Shown one piece after another: positions 1 through 14,627 of a stretch of 64,000 nucleotides of DNA (position 1 is its first letter; each line of letters starts with the position of its first letter). Location: contig NC_043000.1 in assembly GCF_006345805.1 (NCBI RefSeq), positions 62,000,001 through 62,064,000 on the forward strand, in the 5' to 3' direction. The DNA comes from Octopus sinensis (Eukaryota). The translations under genes and the position numbers were made by a program. The notes under the pieces are model-generated. The model was not told the origin of the DNA and ran no database searches. It was given only the letters and a program-made list of their open reading frames with translations.

Positions 1-420
1 CAAAAGCCCTAAACTTAATGTCTGACGAAGGGAGGCAAGTCCCCAGCATACATAGTCGGATCGCGATTTCGCATTTTGATGTAGACCATTTTAATCCTTC
101 TCCGCAACTCTTAATGCCTCGGGTTAAATTCAACTACCTCTGTCAGTCTTATAAGAAAACTTGAAAATATGTGCTGATTTTCAAAACAGTAAAAGTGTAA
201 ATAGCAAATTAAAAACGATGGCTTATTAGCGATAAGAACATATATATATATATATATATATAGTTCATAGATGAGAATCAGATATTCTCCCCATAGTATA
301 CACTGCGTAGTTCTCAAAAAATTTAAACTTGAGCGAGTAGAGAAGTAAATATAGGGATAAGCAAGTTAGACAAGTCAATATATAAATTATATTAAATACA
401 TGAAATACAAAAAATGTATA

Positions 421-625
421 CAGTAATCCCTCGCCATATTGCGGTTCACCTATCACGGTGCACCTCTCCATTCCTCCGCAGTGTTGTCTTGCATTTATAA
501 TAAAATAAATGTATACAAATTATAAAAATAAAAACAATATATACAGTACTCTACTGTTTCTATGGATGTTCACCCATCACGGCTGTTTCTGGAACGTAAT
601 ACTCACGGTAGTCAAGGGGTTACTG
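421..625 (+). mobile_element. Tigger/pogo-like MITE
   Basis: TIRs CAGTAATCCCTCGCC... / ...GTCAAGGGGTTACTG, flanked by TA (419-420, 626-627). A related copy lies in the opposite orientation at 14628-14865. Confidence 0.75.
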
Positions 626-959
626 TATCTCTTAACATACGAAAAGTTCCGTCTTACAGAGAATAGAAATGATATCGAGAATTAAAGGGGTTGAAAAAAA
701 GTATCACAAATCCAACAGCTGTTTCTGAGGACTCGGTGGCTTAGTTGAAGGAGGTTACTAAATGTTGTATATATGGTATTGTAGTATAGGGTTGTATAAG
801 GTTGTATATAATGACCTGTGTAACTTGCTTATCACTGCATTTACTTATACAGACACACACGCACCCCCCCACACACACAAACACACACACACACACATAG
901 ACATATATATGACTTTGAACTGCATCCGGTACGGGAGTTTCATGGTTTTGAGTAGTGGA

Positions 960-2290
960 GCCACCTCTTAACCACTAGTTTGCCCAGGTGTCTACTCTAA
1001 CCTGGAGTACCTCTTAGGGTTCTCTTAGGGTACCAGCTATGAGTTAATAAGCATGTTGACTAAGATGTGGTTTACCTTCCCTACTTCGTCAGATCCAGAA
1101 CAGCGTCTGTTTCAGGATCTTCTGGCTGACTTGTTTATACAGCTTCTGTGCCTGTGCGACATTCGGCGGCAATTATTGTGCTTATGCTGCTATTAGTTAC
1201 TACAGGCCAACGCCAAAAGTGCTGACTGTAAAGGTGCAACTCTACTCACCATGTATGCAGCAGCTCGTTTCAGCTTGTCTCCGATCCCAATCGTCCTACA
1301 TCTCCTCCTTGCCACTCGAGTAGTCGCGGATAAGTTAAGTTGCGCGGTGGGGTCTTGTGCACCAGTCTCATCACTGCTCTGACTTCGATCCATCGCAGCC
1401 TTTTTCATTTGATTCCTCTCATTTTGTTTTCTCTCAAGTCTATTGGCGATGAGCAGCAAGTGGCGAAAGCAAGCATAGATGAAGCTAAAGCCTCTAAATT
1501 GAAGATTGTCCGGTGACGACAAGAATAAGATGCTCTCTGATACTTGCCCTTGAGGAGAACAGGTTTCTTCGGTCCTGCTCTTGTGTCTAGGCGGTAACCT
1601 TGTTTAGGGAGGCACACTGCCTCAATCTGAGGAACGGCCAAATAAAAATGAGCCAATGAAAGCGTGTCCCGTTCTACCCAGTCAGGAAAACGTACCTGGC
1701 AGATCATCTCTCTCATTTCAGTCGAAGCTTCAAGAAACTGCTTAGTTGATTTTGCAAACTGAGATCGACCTAATCGAACGTGTAGCTGTGATTGCCTCCG
1801 AGCTGAAATGCTATGCAGTCTTTAGTAAGACGCGCTTCTCGAAAGAAGGCTCTCTAACAGAACAGAGAGAGAGAATGCACATGACAGGGGAAGGGTATCC
1901 CCGATAACAACGACAGAACCCATAGATTGGCCTTCGCTTTGAAGACATTAATTGCAGATAAGATGACAGGATTTCCTCTCGAACTGCAGCTTATCAGCTT
2001 ATAAGACTGCAGTTTACTCACGCTAAGGCCCAATGCATCACAGTCATCAATACCTATCCGTTCAGCTTAGACTCTCCTGAAGAGGGAAAGGGTAGGTTCT
2101 ACCTTGTCTCTGAACGATGTCTATTAAGATCATTCTGCAAGAAGATTTCGATGGGAGTGTCTGTTAATTTCATCTGATCTCGCCCAGCGTTATTGATCTT
2201 TAGTGGCCTTCGTATTTTATCTCTTTGTTCCCAACATGAAGTGTTCATTATCAACAATGTTTTCTGTCTTCCAATAATCCACAAGGTGTA
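960..2290 (+). mobile_element. RTE-clade LINE, 5' fragment (5'UTR plus decayed AP endonuclease)
   Basis: Plus-strand remnants ELKCYAVFSKTRFSKEGSLTE (~1800), ITVINTYPFSLDSPEEGKGRFY (~2038-2103) and LRILSLCSQHEVFIINNVFCLP (~2210-2275) match RTE/BovB endonuclease motifs (ELARY..LSETRLAEEGQLTE; IISAYAPT..KDKFY; LITNTVFRLP). Stops and frameshifts are present. The 5' boundary is approximate. Confidence 0.8.
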
Positions 2291-3879
2291 TGTGTTTACA
2301 CACATACACATACACTCACATACATATTTCAATGAGCGCCTTGGAGTGAGTAGAGAAATAGTGTAGACAGAAAAGTGATTTAATTCTGCATAAATCTTTC
2401 AATGTGAGTTGGTTCAAAGTGCATATTAACTCTACGCTTTCAGTGATGTAACACCTAAGATATTTATATAATTTCATTTGGCAAAATTAGATTATAATGT
2501 TTATTTCCACTAACCAATACAAAATTCCCATTTCAACTTTTCTAGCAAATAACATAGAAAATATTCAGAAATATTAACTTTAGAAATGTATTGAATACAA
2601 ACCATAAATTATATAAAATATAACTTAATCCTCATTTAACGGATATTTATGAATATACACTGGCTGAAATTAATGTGCACTTCTTATTTTTTTCTGAATA
2701 TATTACCGTTTTGTAGGATGGCCAACTACATGTAATAGACAGATGAATGGAAACAGAATTGCAATAACTGTAATTATCCAGAATACAGTCACTCAAATTA
2801 CACGAGCGTATAAGATCGAAGTTTTTCGTTTGAATTTTTAAAAATTGTGTTTTTGTTTTACATATTTTAACTTCTTTACTGGTTTCTATGGCAAAGTATC
2901 CGTCTTGTTACAATTAGATAAATATTAACTATTATTACTTCTGACATTGTATGAATCAACATTGAGATAAATCTTCATAATATTATGTGATGAATTAAAC
3001 ATGAACGAAAGTACTTTTAGAAATGGATGTTGCATATATTTATTCCTGCCTATCAATGGTTACTGTTTTTAAGGATTTCGGCAGCAGAACAGAATGATGT
3101 TGTTTTCTGCACTTTCCATTTTACCTTTTAGATTATTACAGGGAGATTCTTCTATCTTTGCCCTTCTCTCCCTCTCTTTCACAATATCTTTCTTACTTTC
3201 CTGTTTTTTGCTCAATACATGAATATGAATACAATGATGAAACTAAAAAAAAGAAAGAAAAAGCACACGCACAAATTCGGAAGAAAAATGCGGCAGCAGG
3301 TACTAATATATAGGTAAAGTGCTGTACGCATTCCCCATCTATGTTTGACCCTTTAGGAATACCAATAGTACCCAGATCACAAAACTGGGTATACTTCAAG
3401 ATTGGCTGTTCTAATAGACAACTATCAAGTAAGAGTGAATTTATGTGTCACACTACAATCAAATACATCGGAAAATATACGTGTGCTTCCTGTCATTTGT
3501 TCAATTGTATCTCCATTGAGTATTTTGATTTTGAGAAGAAAAATGTGAGTTTCTTCTTTTAACGCAGCAGCAAGCATATTTTGGGTGATAGTGCTTACGA
3601 TGTAATGAATAATTAACACTTTACAACATTTATCGATGAGTTATATTTTAATAGAGCCGCGGCAACTATTTATATAGAAGTAAGTTTTGGTTAACTTGGA
3701 TGTGGGCAAACGTCGAATGGGAAAAGAAATTTTTGTATTCCATTAAACATCAGCATAAAACAAACACGACTCTATTACTGCTCAGAGAAAAAGTGACGAT
3801 GTCAACATATTCAAACAATTTTTGAACTACATTTGTAAATCGATAGTGCTTCATAACAGAGCAGAAACAAACTGCATAC

Positions 3880-5460
3880 CTTTTAATGAAAGTCAACATT
3901 CTTCACAAGAAAACCAGTTGCACACATCAAGAGAAATCAGGAAGCCATATCAATATACGAATAAATCATAGGTACGAAAACTTCACACAACAATCAGTAG
4001 CCAAATGGTATAAGGGAAGAAGTCTTACTTCAGTTGAAATCAAGCAATTATTTCGAAAACATGCCAATCGTATCCTACACCAACAAGAATGCAAAAGTAG
4101 ATTACATAAGAAAATATAGCTGGTTGTCGAAGTTTCAAGTGAGAAAGAGTGATTAAATTTTCAAATAGAAAACAATCTTGAGAGATAGTTTAATTGGGCA
4201 ATATGTAAATTAAGTGATAGTATAAAGGTTTGAAAGCAACAACTTGGCACCAGAACAAGTAGAAGTAGAATTAAAATAAGTTCTAAATTAATTAGATTTT
4301 GAAAGATTTAAGCTTTACCGTTCGAACTATTAACAGTGAAGTGAAAAGTTTAAACGAATTGAAGTACTGGAAATTGTATTTGAAAAAAATAATTACAAAA
4401 GTTTATTCATACAGAGATAATGTTCTTCACTGTATAATAAACATTACCGAGAAATTTATTGGCTTGGTAAACATAGTGAAGATGCTGGGATTTTGGATTG
4501 GAATAGCAAAACACAATACCAACGTTATAAAAGGGAGAACAGAGAAAATAATTTAGAGTTGAGATATAAAGTAAAAAAACAAAGGTGTGGAACACTTAAG
4601 GAAATACAAGTGTGTGGAAGGCATTTAAACGATTTTAAGTAATAAAAAGAATTGGAACTATGTACAGATGGTAATAAAACTTAATAATGTAAGTAGTTTA
4701 ACTACATCAGGAATTTTTCACAAAATTTAACTCTCCTCCTAATGAGATTATACAACTTTAGTGAAGTAAGGACAAAAACTTACACGAAAGTCATTGGTTT
4801 AAACTTTTAAAATTTTCAGAACGTCGAACGTGGCAAGTTACATTAAATTTAAGAATGGGTCTGAGAAACAAAGGGAAAAACATAGAAACTTACTATGCAA
4901 TAATGAAGGTTGTATAGGCGATTAATTATCAATAAATACAAATACCATAGATGGTATCTAAAGCCAATATCGAAATCTGGCTGTAGCTTTTAAAATTTAT
5001 CACAAGGCCTACAATGTAGGTCACCAGAATGAGTGGATAATTTGTTTAGAGTGATGAAGCTTATACGAGTTAGGAGAAAAGCAGACAGGTTACTTGGATT
5101 AGGTTTTGCAATATCATGAAAACCACTCTACGCTGAAGTTTAAGTAATGTTAGTAATAAGTAATCGCATAGGCAAAGATGTAATCCCAAAATATAAAATA
5201 TTGTCGCATGCAAGACAGTAAGTGGTGTAAACAATATAGAAAATCTCATGTGGAGAGTGAATTTAAGCGAAAGAGACTAACCTACGGATAAAATACAAGT
5301 CATAAGATTTCAGGTGAAATTTAAATCTAAATAAGAATTCGTTAAACTGACGCTATTTACCATGTAGGTCATACTGAAACCAGAGAAAACTATGATATTA
5401 GGAAAGTTTCAAATTATGTGGTGCAGGAAGAGCATGATTGAATTTAGAAGTTCTTTGAGA
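3880..5460 (+). mobile_element. Highly decayed R4/Dong-like LINE relic
   Basis: RNLAVAFKIYHKAYNVGHQNEWIICLE (4971-5051) resembles the R4 RT motif KNLSxAWIDYKKAYDxVPHSWI. The upstream NFTQQSVAK..LTSVEIKQL resembles the R4/Dong N-terminal region. Many stops; boundaries approximate. Confidence 0.5.
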
Positions 5461-6240
5461 CATAACACATGAAGATAACTCTAAGACATTCTCAGGATTC
5501 TCTTTGTTTTGATTTTCGGCAAAAAAAAGCGATGCTAGTTACTTAATGTAATATAGATTTTTGTTAGTGAGAAGCCTGGATATGTTTCTATGTAATTTCA
5601 GTAGAATGGTTTCAAATAGAATGACTAAAACTATCACGTCTGGATGTTGTGAAATCTTATTGCTGAACTGCTGGGGATTTTAACGTAAATTACATATAAA
5701 ATAATGTAAAATACATGGCATATAAAATACACGGCATCTTTAAGCTATTTGTTTATAAAAATAGTCCACAGCTTTCTGCGTTGTAAATGCACCATAACCA
5801 TCCCCTTTGTCACCGTAGAGAGGTCACTATTGAACGTTATTGTATTGGTGAGATCTGTGGTTGAGCTTCCCCTACTATAATGTTCGTTAGCATATCAAAA
5901 TTCGGTAACTTAAACAATGTAATTTTTGTACAAAGAATGATCTACGTCTTAGTTGTGTTTATATGTTTGCATCGTATTGTTTAAGCGTGGCGACGAGAAA
6001 ATGATCTTTAATAGCTACTGTTGTTTGTGGAAACTAAATACCTCTACGAGTGCAATGCTACGGTAAGTTTCTTATTTATCATTCATAGATTAAAAGTAAG
6101 AAACTAAGAGAAAAGTTGGCCCCTGTTCCCCCCATACATGTATAAAGTTTAAATCAATGGCAATAGCTTGGCGGATTGGGAAAAATAAAGATTATACTAT
6201 TTGGTATGACACTGATTTGGGTACGTCAAATCCACTTATT

Positions 6241-6311
6241 AGATAGGTAGTTAGGTAAGTAGGTAGGTTGGTAGGTAAGTAGGTTGGTAGATACATAGGT
6301 AGGTAGGTAGG

Positions 6312-6358
<47 letters not shown>

Positions 6359-6405
6359 GTAGATAGATAGATAGATAGATAGATATAGATAGATAGATAG
6401 ATAGA
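6241..6405. repeat. (AGGT)n/(AGAT)n compound microsatellite
   Basis: Direct reading of the sequence. Confidence 0.95.
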
Positions 6406-7239
6406 CTTCTATATGCTTCAGTATTATTTCTAATGGATTCAGATATTTTCTGTTAAATCAAGAAACATTAGCAATTTATAATAAATAACAGCTTCTTGAA
6501 AATGGAAGGCGAGAGACTCGAAATTACATCTCTTATAATCTTAGGATAAATCTACCTTTCAGCCCACCCAGAATGAAATATATTTTATTCATAAATAAAG
6601 CCTGAGATAAAGAAATTTATGAGAGAAGGATATAAAATATAAATTTATGAGTTTAAATGTTCGCGAAATTTTGAATAAATAATTTAACAAATTTTATTGC
6701 CCCTACAGAAAATATAACTTGTCTGTCCTCATTATTGCACATAACGTTATTATGCGTGTGGGTAGGGGAACTGCACAAGCGCAAAGTAGTTGTTATCAAA
6801 ATCATTTCACGCCCATATATGTTCGATAAGAGACATATTTTGCATATCACTGTCAGCAATTGTTATTCTAATTCTTATAGTTTCAATCGATTTTTAAAAT
6901 GACAGCTAAAATCCTGTAAAAATATGCCGCAGAAGATAACGATAAAAATGCAAACATTCGACCGCTGTACTAACACTTCGAAATAAAGGGAATCTGTCTA
7001 AGCTTACTGCGGAATATATACAACTTATACTCGCAGTTTGGGTGGACTGTTTTCAAATTCTCAAAGAATCTTTTGATTATTAGTCGAGAATTTAAAAAAT
7101 ATTATGTCAAAAGTGATCTTTGTGTTGCTAGAGACATTTTGAAAACATGGGCAATCAACATTTGTTTATGGACAACACCTGTCGACATGCCGCCGAAATA
7201 TTTACAGATATTTTAAACCTTACTACAAGGCTAGTAGGG

Positions 7240-7345
7240 TTTCACTGGTACTTATAATATTGACTCCGAAAGAATGAAGGGCAAAGTTGACCTCGGTGGA
7301 ATTTGAACTGAGAACGTTAAGACTGACGAAATGCCGCAAAACATT
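7240..7345 (-). mobile_element. SINE fragment (family B)
   Basis: Reverse complement matches the internal part of the 15933-16173 SINE (ACGTTCT.AGTTCAAATTC..CCGAGGTC.ACTTTGCC). Confidence 0.65.
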
Positions 7346-8299
7346 CTCCTCCAAATTGCCGTCACTGTATATAGCTAAGTCTATATGTTTGGTAAAGAAT
7401 CAGTATTCCTGATTAAAGGGTAAATCCAAATATAGTATTCCAAAATATAGCACGTAGAAATGAATGGCACAAACAACGGCATAATAAGTATTTATTACTG
7501 CGCAGCAAAATTAGTTCCTTATTTCAGATTCTGTGTAAGGCATGTAATGCAACGTGCTGATGATGCTATCTGTTCATACGAGAACAGCGACAAAGTTAAT
7601 TGACCGAGACATCATGTGTATACAACCTGTCGAAAGGTGTGTACTTGTAACAGCTGAATCTGCTGTGGTTGTCAGATACTGCATCTTAATGAAGCGATGT
7701 GCATGCTGTCATATGATGTGTAATACCTGCAGAAGTACTAACTGCATATGGCTAGAATAACTGAATCCGATTGAAAGCAAAATAAGTGAGAATGTTTGTG
7801 GTAAAGTGAGTCAACAGACAGACGTTGTAATTCCTAATTGAAACAATTAAATAAAAGGAAGCGCAACTTTTAATTACGATCGTACATTGACTCTATTTTC
7901 CACATATTTTATGGAATCACTACATTTTTACAAAATGTGCTCTCTGTCCTAGTTACCACCTCACTAAATGGTGTATGCCAATCTGATAAACCATCTTCAC
8001 GCTTATAACTGAAAGCACTATTATTGTCTCTGATATTACAATTACTTCGAAATGAATATTCTATGGAGGTTTTCAGTATTTGTTTTTAAATATTCAGATA
8101 CTAAACCCATCTTCAATTGTCTTCCCAAACTTCAGTGGTTATACGCTACTCTCTCTACACCAGTAAAATACAAGAATACTCACAGAGGTTATATTTCCAA
8201 ATATTTTAATTTTACATATAGAGATGGATTGTAGTGAAAAGATATATTAAATTGATAGTAAAGCAAATACATTGACTGTGGCATCCTGTATCTTACTTT

Positions 8300-8330
<31 letters not shown>

Positions 8331-8334
8331 TTAC

Positions 8335-8830
8335 TACGAACACCTAGGCATTGATGAAAATCTACCTTACAAAGTTTCTGGTGTCAAGGTAATGACAGTA
8401 TATTACACAAAACGTTTAAGATATTACAACTGGAATCTTCTTACAAAATGACAATGCTATGTAGGTGTCATGTGTTGTAGTGCTCAGGTTATTGATTGAA
8501 CTTTACGAAAATCGCTTCATAGATATTTAAATTTCTAAGATATTGACATAAACAAAAATTTCTAAAGGTATAAAGGTATTGTGAGGATTTAGAAACAAAA
8601 ATGAAATGGGTTAACATCCGGTTAGGCAGACTTCAAATTATGTATGTTATTGCTTAACAGAATTTTGAGTTTTCAGAGCAAAGTGTGTGGAGAGCAAAGT
8701 ATTAAGTTCCTGAATCCGAAAAGATTTTATGCTGGCGTATCCACTAACTGATGGAGAAATGTACCTCAAAGAACTTGTAAAACATGCTGATCTAATTTTA
8801 AAAGCATAAATCTTGTTCAAGCCAAGAGCA
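8335..8830 (+). mobile_element. Decayed R4/Dong-like LINE fragment
   Basis: HLGIDEN...YTKRLR resembles the post-RT YKYLG...EYxKRxR region. A weak knuckle-like remnant (KVCGEQ) lies downstream. Confidence 0.4.
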
Positions 8831-11729
8831 AAAGATGGCTTTTAAATTTTATTGAACAAAAATAAAAGCATTAAATCTTTTGAATCTCCAACTTTATAAC
8901 CTACTTTTTTATGATGTATGAAACGTTAATTGATATGAAATAAGTTGACCAGAAGTGTTGATAAGTTCACATACATGTAGGGGTATGATACTTTTGATTT
9001 TACATTTACCGCCCCCAACTCTAAAATCATTTTGGTCACGTTATTAATAAATCAGGTTTTCAGACATTGATGTAGCCAACTTAATTCTTTAGATTCAAAG
9101 TATAATAAGAGCAGTGCGATACACAATATAACTCTTCATTACTGTTTTTATCTAATATAAATTCGAACGATGTGACCTTTGTATTCTTAATTAAAAACCA
9201 GTCGCTTGCCAATAAATAAAAAACAAATTAACACATGTACATCGACGTTATACTCATACATAAGCGCATACATACGAAATTGATAGAGACATACCACATA
9301 CATGTAAAACAGTATCATTTAATTTTTAGTTACATTTTGTTATATAACTTCCCTATTAAAATAAGTAGCCTAACATAGATCCTATGTTGAGAGCATACCT
9401 TGAATTTACTTCTATTTGTAGGTGCTTGTTATAAAACAAATGGTAAGTCTTTGGAGAATCGCAATTAGTTTAGGTTATCTATTAGAGTTGCTTCATTCCT
9501 CTACGTATATAAATGCCGTTGCTAAAGACATGAAAATAACGATTTCCCATTTCTCTACCTATATGATCTGATGTTTTGTGTTTGTTTATATAACAAATGG
9601 TTATTCTAGCCTATAAAATCCCTTTAATGTACTCAACTCGATAACAGCGCTTCTAACGTATTCTTCGAATAAACATGAATGGTAGCTTATTGGCTGTTAA
9701 GATTCTGTACAAGTACATTGAACATCTGATACCTTTGATGTTTTAACACTTTACACTTTAGCATTATTTTGATAATAAAAGTGTATTTGATTTAGTAGAC
9801 AGATACGAACAATCTGATAGGGTGTTTCAGTTGGTAATATCAGTTACAAGCATTGAGAGATTCTGGCTAATAAAGATAGAACTGAAAGTTTTAGAACTAC
9901 TTCCAAAAATTCTATGATATATATATTTTCTCATAATATTTCACATAGATTCTGGTACTTGATTTTAATTGTTAGTTTTTTTTTTTTTTACCAAAGACAC
10001 TTAATAAAATGTCAATAAATTCACGTTTGATGAATACACATTCAGCCCCACTGTGCATATAGATCATATAGTTAAAACGCAGGACTATCTCTGCGGTATG
10101 AACCCGAGATCAGTTCGACTACTTTCGAGAGGCCATTTCAGTCTTCGCAATATTATATATTTTATATATTTCTGCTCATACTAGAAAGATAGGAAGCGTC
10201 TTAAAGTTATTTATTTAAAAATTCACTCCCTGTTACATATTCTGATTTTACCTATGTATACTAATATATTACTATATTTGCTGACAGAATCAAATAGCTC
10301 AAGTATCCAGACATCGTATGTGGAAAAATGTAGAATGTGTGATAGACATAAATAATATATTATTTCACTTTGTTTATGTTGTAGGCGGTGGGCTAAAACA
10401 TCGGAGAACATAACTTACGTTTTTCTCTTTCACATTAGTTGTTAACATTTTGAGTTTGTGTACGTTCCTCTACGTTCGATAAAATAATGCACCAGCAGTG
10501 AAACACAGACGTTGATGGTACAAAGTAATCCCGTCGCCTTAGAATAGCACGCCTTGTGAGAAAATAAACGAAATAGGTGCTTTGTCATTGTATTGGTATA
10601 TCAATTGTTTAAATCAATGCCTGTTACTCAAAGCTTTATTTTAAGTAGTTGTAAGTTGCTTCCTCCGACTGTAAAACAAGTTAGAGCAGATACTATGGAT
10701 ATCGATGAAAAGGAAAATTACAAGTCGAAAATTGCGGAACTGTTTCCGTGTCCATATTGCAGAGAGTTCTGTTGCTAAATCATAGGGCCCATTTACTTAC
10801 AGAGGGTGACTGTAAACTTCTTAATCTTACACGATATAACCATACACTCATAGGCACGCGTTGTTTGCTCCCTATTCTAGACATACTATGCCTTGTGTTT
10901 GTATTATCTATTTAGCTCCAAGTTAATTCTGATCAAGCAGACCTATGTTTAGATGCATTACAGGCTTGGCCATCATGTTTTCTTATCGCGAGAATTAGTC
11001 TAATGACATTAGTCAAATATATCCTTCTGGTTTTCAACGCTAGTGTAGAGTTTGAGAGATATTTAACTGCTGTTTTTAACAGGTTGTTCGACCCACTCGA
11101 TAGAAGCCCCTTTGTTGACATGTCTAATATCAAGTAGGTTATAAAGTTTATATCTCTGTTTTTGCTAAAGAATCTTTATCGATATTTAATACACTGACAT
11201 AAAGTATAATAATATTCCAAATAAGTATATTTCAAAATTCTATGATCAACCGAAAGTCTATCTGGCATTATGTTTATCGATTGAATTTATTGCGTATTAT
11301 CTTATCGTTATTTTAAACAAATGCCATTTTAAAAGGCCTATTCATATCGGTGTATAACAATAATATAACAAAATAACCTTGCGGCTCAGCAAATTAGCTC
11401 AATGTTTTATTGAACTGCTTTATGTTATTGTTTTTAATCTCCAACTTCATTTATTGTTTTTTTTATTTGTGTTTAATGTTTACTTGTGATATCTAGCACC
11501 TCTATCAGCTACGATTTATCACGTACACGTGTATGCATAAATGTGTAATTATGTTCAGACAGCAGGAATTCATACAAACACGCAGGCACAGGCTTCCATG
11601 CACACACACAAAGACACATATCAGCGTGTGTGTATGTGTGTGTGTGTGTGTAGGTATGTAGATGGGTAGGTAGGTAGGTAGGTGGGTGGGTAGGTAGGTA
11701 GGTGGGTGGGTAGGTAGGTAGGTGTTCTG

Positions 11730-11895
11730 TTGCTGATAGTTCAGAAATTCGTTTTGCAAACAAGATCCCAGGTTCAATTGCACTGCGTAGCATATTGGGC
11801 AGATAATTTCGTATGAACCTGAGTAGACCAAGCTTTATGAGTGGATCTTGATTGACAGGAAATTGTGTGAAAGTTCGTCGAATGGATTGTGTATG
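11730..11895 (+). mobile_element. Decayed SINE (family A) 5' part
   Basis: CCAGGTTCAATTGCACTGCGTAGCATATTGGGCA...CCAAGCTTTATGAGTGGAT is a diverged version of the head of the 18941-19339 SINE. Confidence 0.55.
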
Positions 11896-12105
11896 TAATT
11901 CAAAGTTTCAGACTTGTCACACTATGTCATCCTAATCCCGCTTGTAAACTATGTCAGGAGGATATAGAAAGAAAATACGATCAACATAATACACTTAATC
12001 GGGTAATTGAGCCCCCATGGTCGGAAATTCTGCACACATACACAGACACATGATACATACAAATGCATATATATATATATATATATATGTTTTCATTATC
12101 CTATA

Positions 12106-12182
<77 letters not shown>

Positions 12183-12183
<1 letters not shown>

Positions 12184-12470
12184 GGTAGTTAGAGTGTTGC
12201 ATTCATGATTGCGAGATCGTGGGTTCGATTCCCAGACCGGGCGTTGCGTTGTGTTGTTGAGTAAAGCATTTCATTTCACATTGGTCTGCGACCATTTCTT
12301 CACCAAGTATGTGACACATGGTGCACCTGTACAGGTAATGTCGATTTGATGGAGGTACTGAGCTTATGTGAGCACAAACATTTGATCACTATAAGCAAAT
12401 CATCTGTGTGATTGTTCAGCAAGAAATTACCGAACCCACATACGTCGTCTAACGATGGGAGAGTCCGCGT
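12183..12470 (+). mobile_element. tRNA-derived SINE (family C) between (TA)n arrays
   Basis: A-box-like TGGTAGTTAGAG and B-box GGTTCGATTCC. The body is homologous to 21545-21841 (reverse). Confidence 0.75.
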
Positions 12471-12570
<100 letters not shown>

Positions 12571-14627
12571 CAGAGTGAGAGAGAGAGAGAGAGTGGAAGA
12601 GAAAATGAGATAATTTTATTTAAAATTATATGTATGGTGGGATGGTAATTACCAGTTTAGCTCTTTCCCTTGACAGTTTCATTGTCCTATGACATGTGCA
12701 GGCTGTAAGTACCTAATTGGTCGCTTTGTCAATGACTCATGATTAATATGTGGGCACACTAATAAATTCAGAATTGTAGTACCCTTAGAGTAGTAAGCAA
12801 AAAAAGACCTGTTCATGTTGAAGACCAGCTGTCAATGCACTGTTTAAATGTCTTGTATCAGCATCGACTCCTAAAACCTGTTTGTTAATTTTTTATGTTT
12901 TTAGATTTAAATCTAGATCAACAGTGATCATACAGGCTATGGTAATTAATCTCCCAATCACTACCGTCCAGTTTTTATTCAAAGCTTTCAATTTGACCTT
13001 TATGACTGTATAATTCAATGCGTCCATTCTATTCTGAAGGTGGTAGGATGTGATTTAATTGTAATTTTCTCCCATTTGTCGCTGACAGGCTTACGTATTA
13101 TCGTATTACTTCGATGGTATCCCTTGTAGCTTATATAGTTTCAAGCTAATCCTAAGTTCTCATCGACACTGATACCTATACATCACGGAGGCAGAATGGT
13201 CGAGTCATTATGCTACTTTTTACATGCAATTTTTGATGATATTTTGTTACCTGTTTTATATACTACTCTATTCATATTCTCTTTATTCCCGTTTATCTTT
13301 CATTCTTTTATTCGTTTCGTTTCTTTCATTTTTCTTCCATCTTCTTTCAACTCTCTCGGAAATGCATCTCCATCTTGAATCAGACATGTATGAGCGTAAC
13401 GCTGCTACGCAAACATTTTATGTGACATCTCAAATGTAGCAACCTAAATAATATGGAGACCGATCGTTAGCATGCTACACATAGTAGCTCATTTATGCTT
13501 AATGTTCTGTCACAATATCTCTCTCCCTATTTCTCCCGTTTTCTTTGCGTTATTCTTTTCAACACCTCCGACCACCACTCTTTCTTTGCTCTTCATTATT
13601 CTGTGTAAACTGTGCATCAATACCACCAGTAGCATCACTACCTCTGTCAGACATAATCTCGTCAATTATACAAGATCTTACCCTAGCACGTTTCTTTCAA
13701 AATCAGAAGGAATATTTAGCACTGAAATTATTCTTATTCTGGGAAATGTTATGTAGTAAATCTCTAAGAGCGCATATTAGGTCATAATTTACATTAAGAA
13801 TAATCTTTAAATTAGAGAGAAGAAATAATCTCCATTTGCATGTTTAAATGTATTTATGTTTGCTATTTCGTATTTTGTAGAAAATGTTTTCATTATCCTA
13901 TATTCACTGAAAATATATTTTATAGACTGTAGAAATTGGTTTAAAACATTTACTTTAACGAAAGAATTGAAGGTTAAACATCAAAATACAGAATAAGTAC
14001 TTTGCTGAAAATTATTGTTGACCAGTTCTTTATTTGATGCAATGTTAAAAGGACCAAATTTCCAAATGCAAGATATATTTACAAAACTGCACCTGTACGC
14101 AGTATTATGATCGGTCTAACCCAAATCGCTACAAAACAGCTAAATCTGCTTCAAATTCTAACCTAATTTCTTATAGAAGGCAAATATACATCAGTCAATG
14201 AATATCTAGGTCCTCATACAAAGCTGTGGAGGTTACAGCTGGTGAGCCTTTGAACATATGTCGGCTTCATCAGGTTTGACATCAGGATAAACAAGAGCAA
14301 CAGCAAAAACGCCATTTTAGTATTAGGGAGGAACATGAGGTATGAATATGTTAATAATCAGTAGCAAAGAAATTAAGGATCGTTATATAAAAAAAAGAGA
14401 CTACCCAAACAACATTTAACATTCTATGACTGATCGCTCTGATAAGAGGTACATGCAATATTATGGTAATGCTTATACGACGGATATGTAAATGATTATT
14501 ATTTAATAAGGTAGCTATAATAACGAAGAGATTTATAGAAGAATCCGAGAAAATAGACAAATAATGACGAAGACTTGTCAAAAATGTCAAATTTGTGTTT
14601 TATGATATACCCAGGAAAAATGTAGTA

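Noticed and set aside
15-60. CTGACGA-AGGG..CCCC near the window start, upstream of (TA)n
   Set aside because: No GAAA or stem I; at most a decayed relic.
3341-3562. Cys-rich ORF reminiscent of a piggyBac C-terminal domain
   Set aside because: Cys spacing does not fit convincingly, and no DDD core or TTAA/TIR was found.
10593-10778. ORF ending FPCPYCREFCC (zinc-finger-like)
   Set aside because: Only a lone CxxC, with no His pair and no supporting splice structure.
14234-14277. Minus-strand CTGATGA-AGCC..GGCT-cac-CAGCTG-TA hammerhead-like relic
   Set aside because: GAAA is lost and stem I does not pair. It may be a decayed member of the 40.17-kb type but cannot be supported alone.
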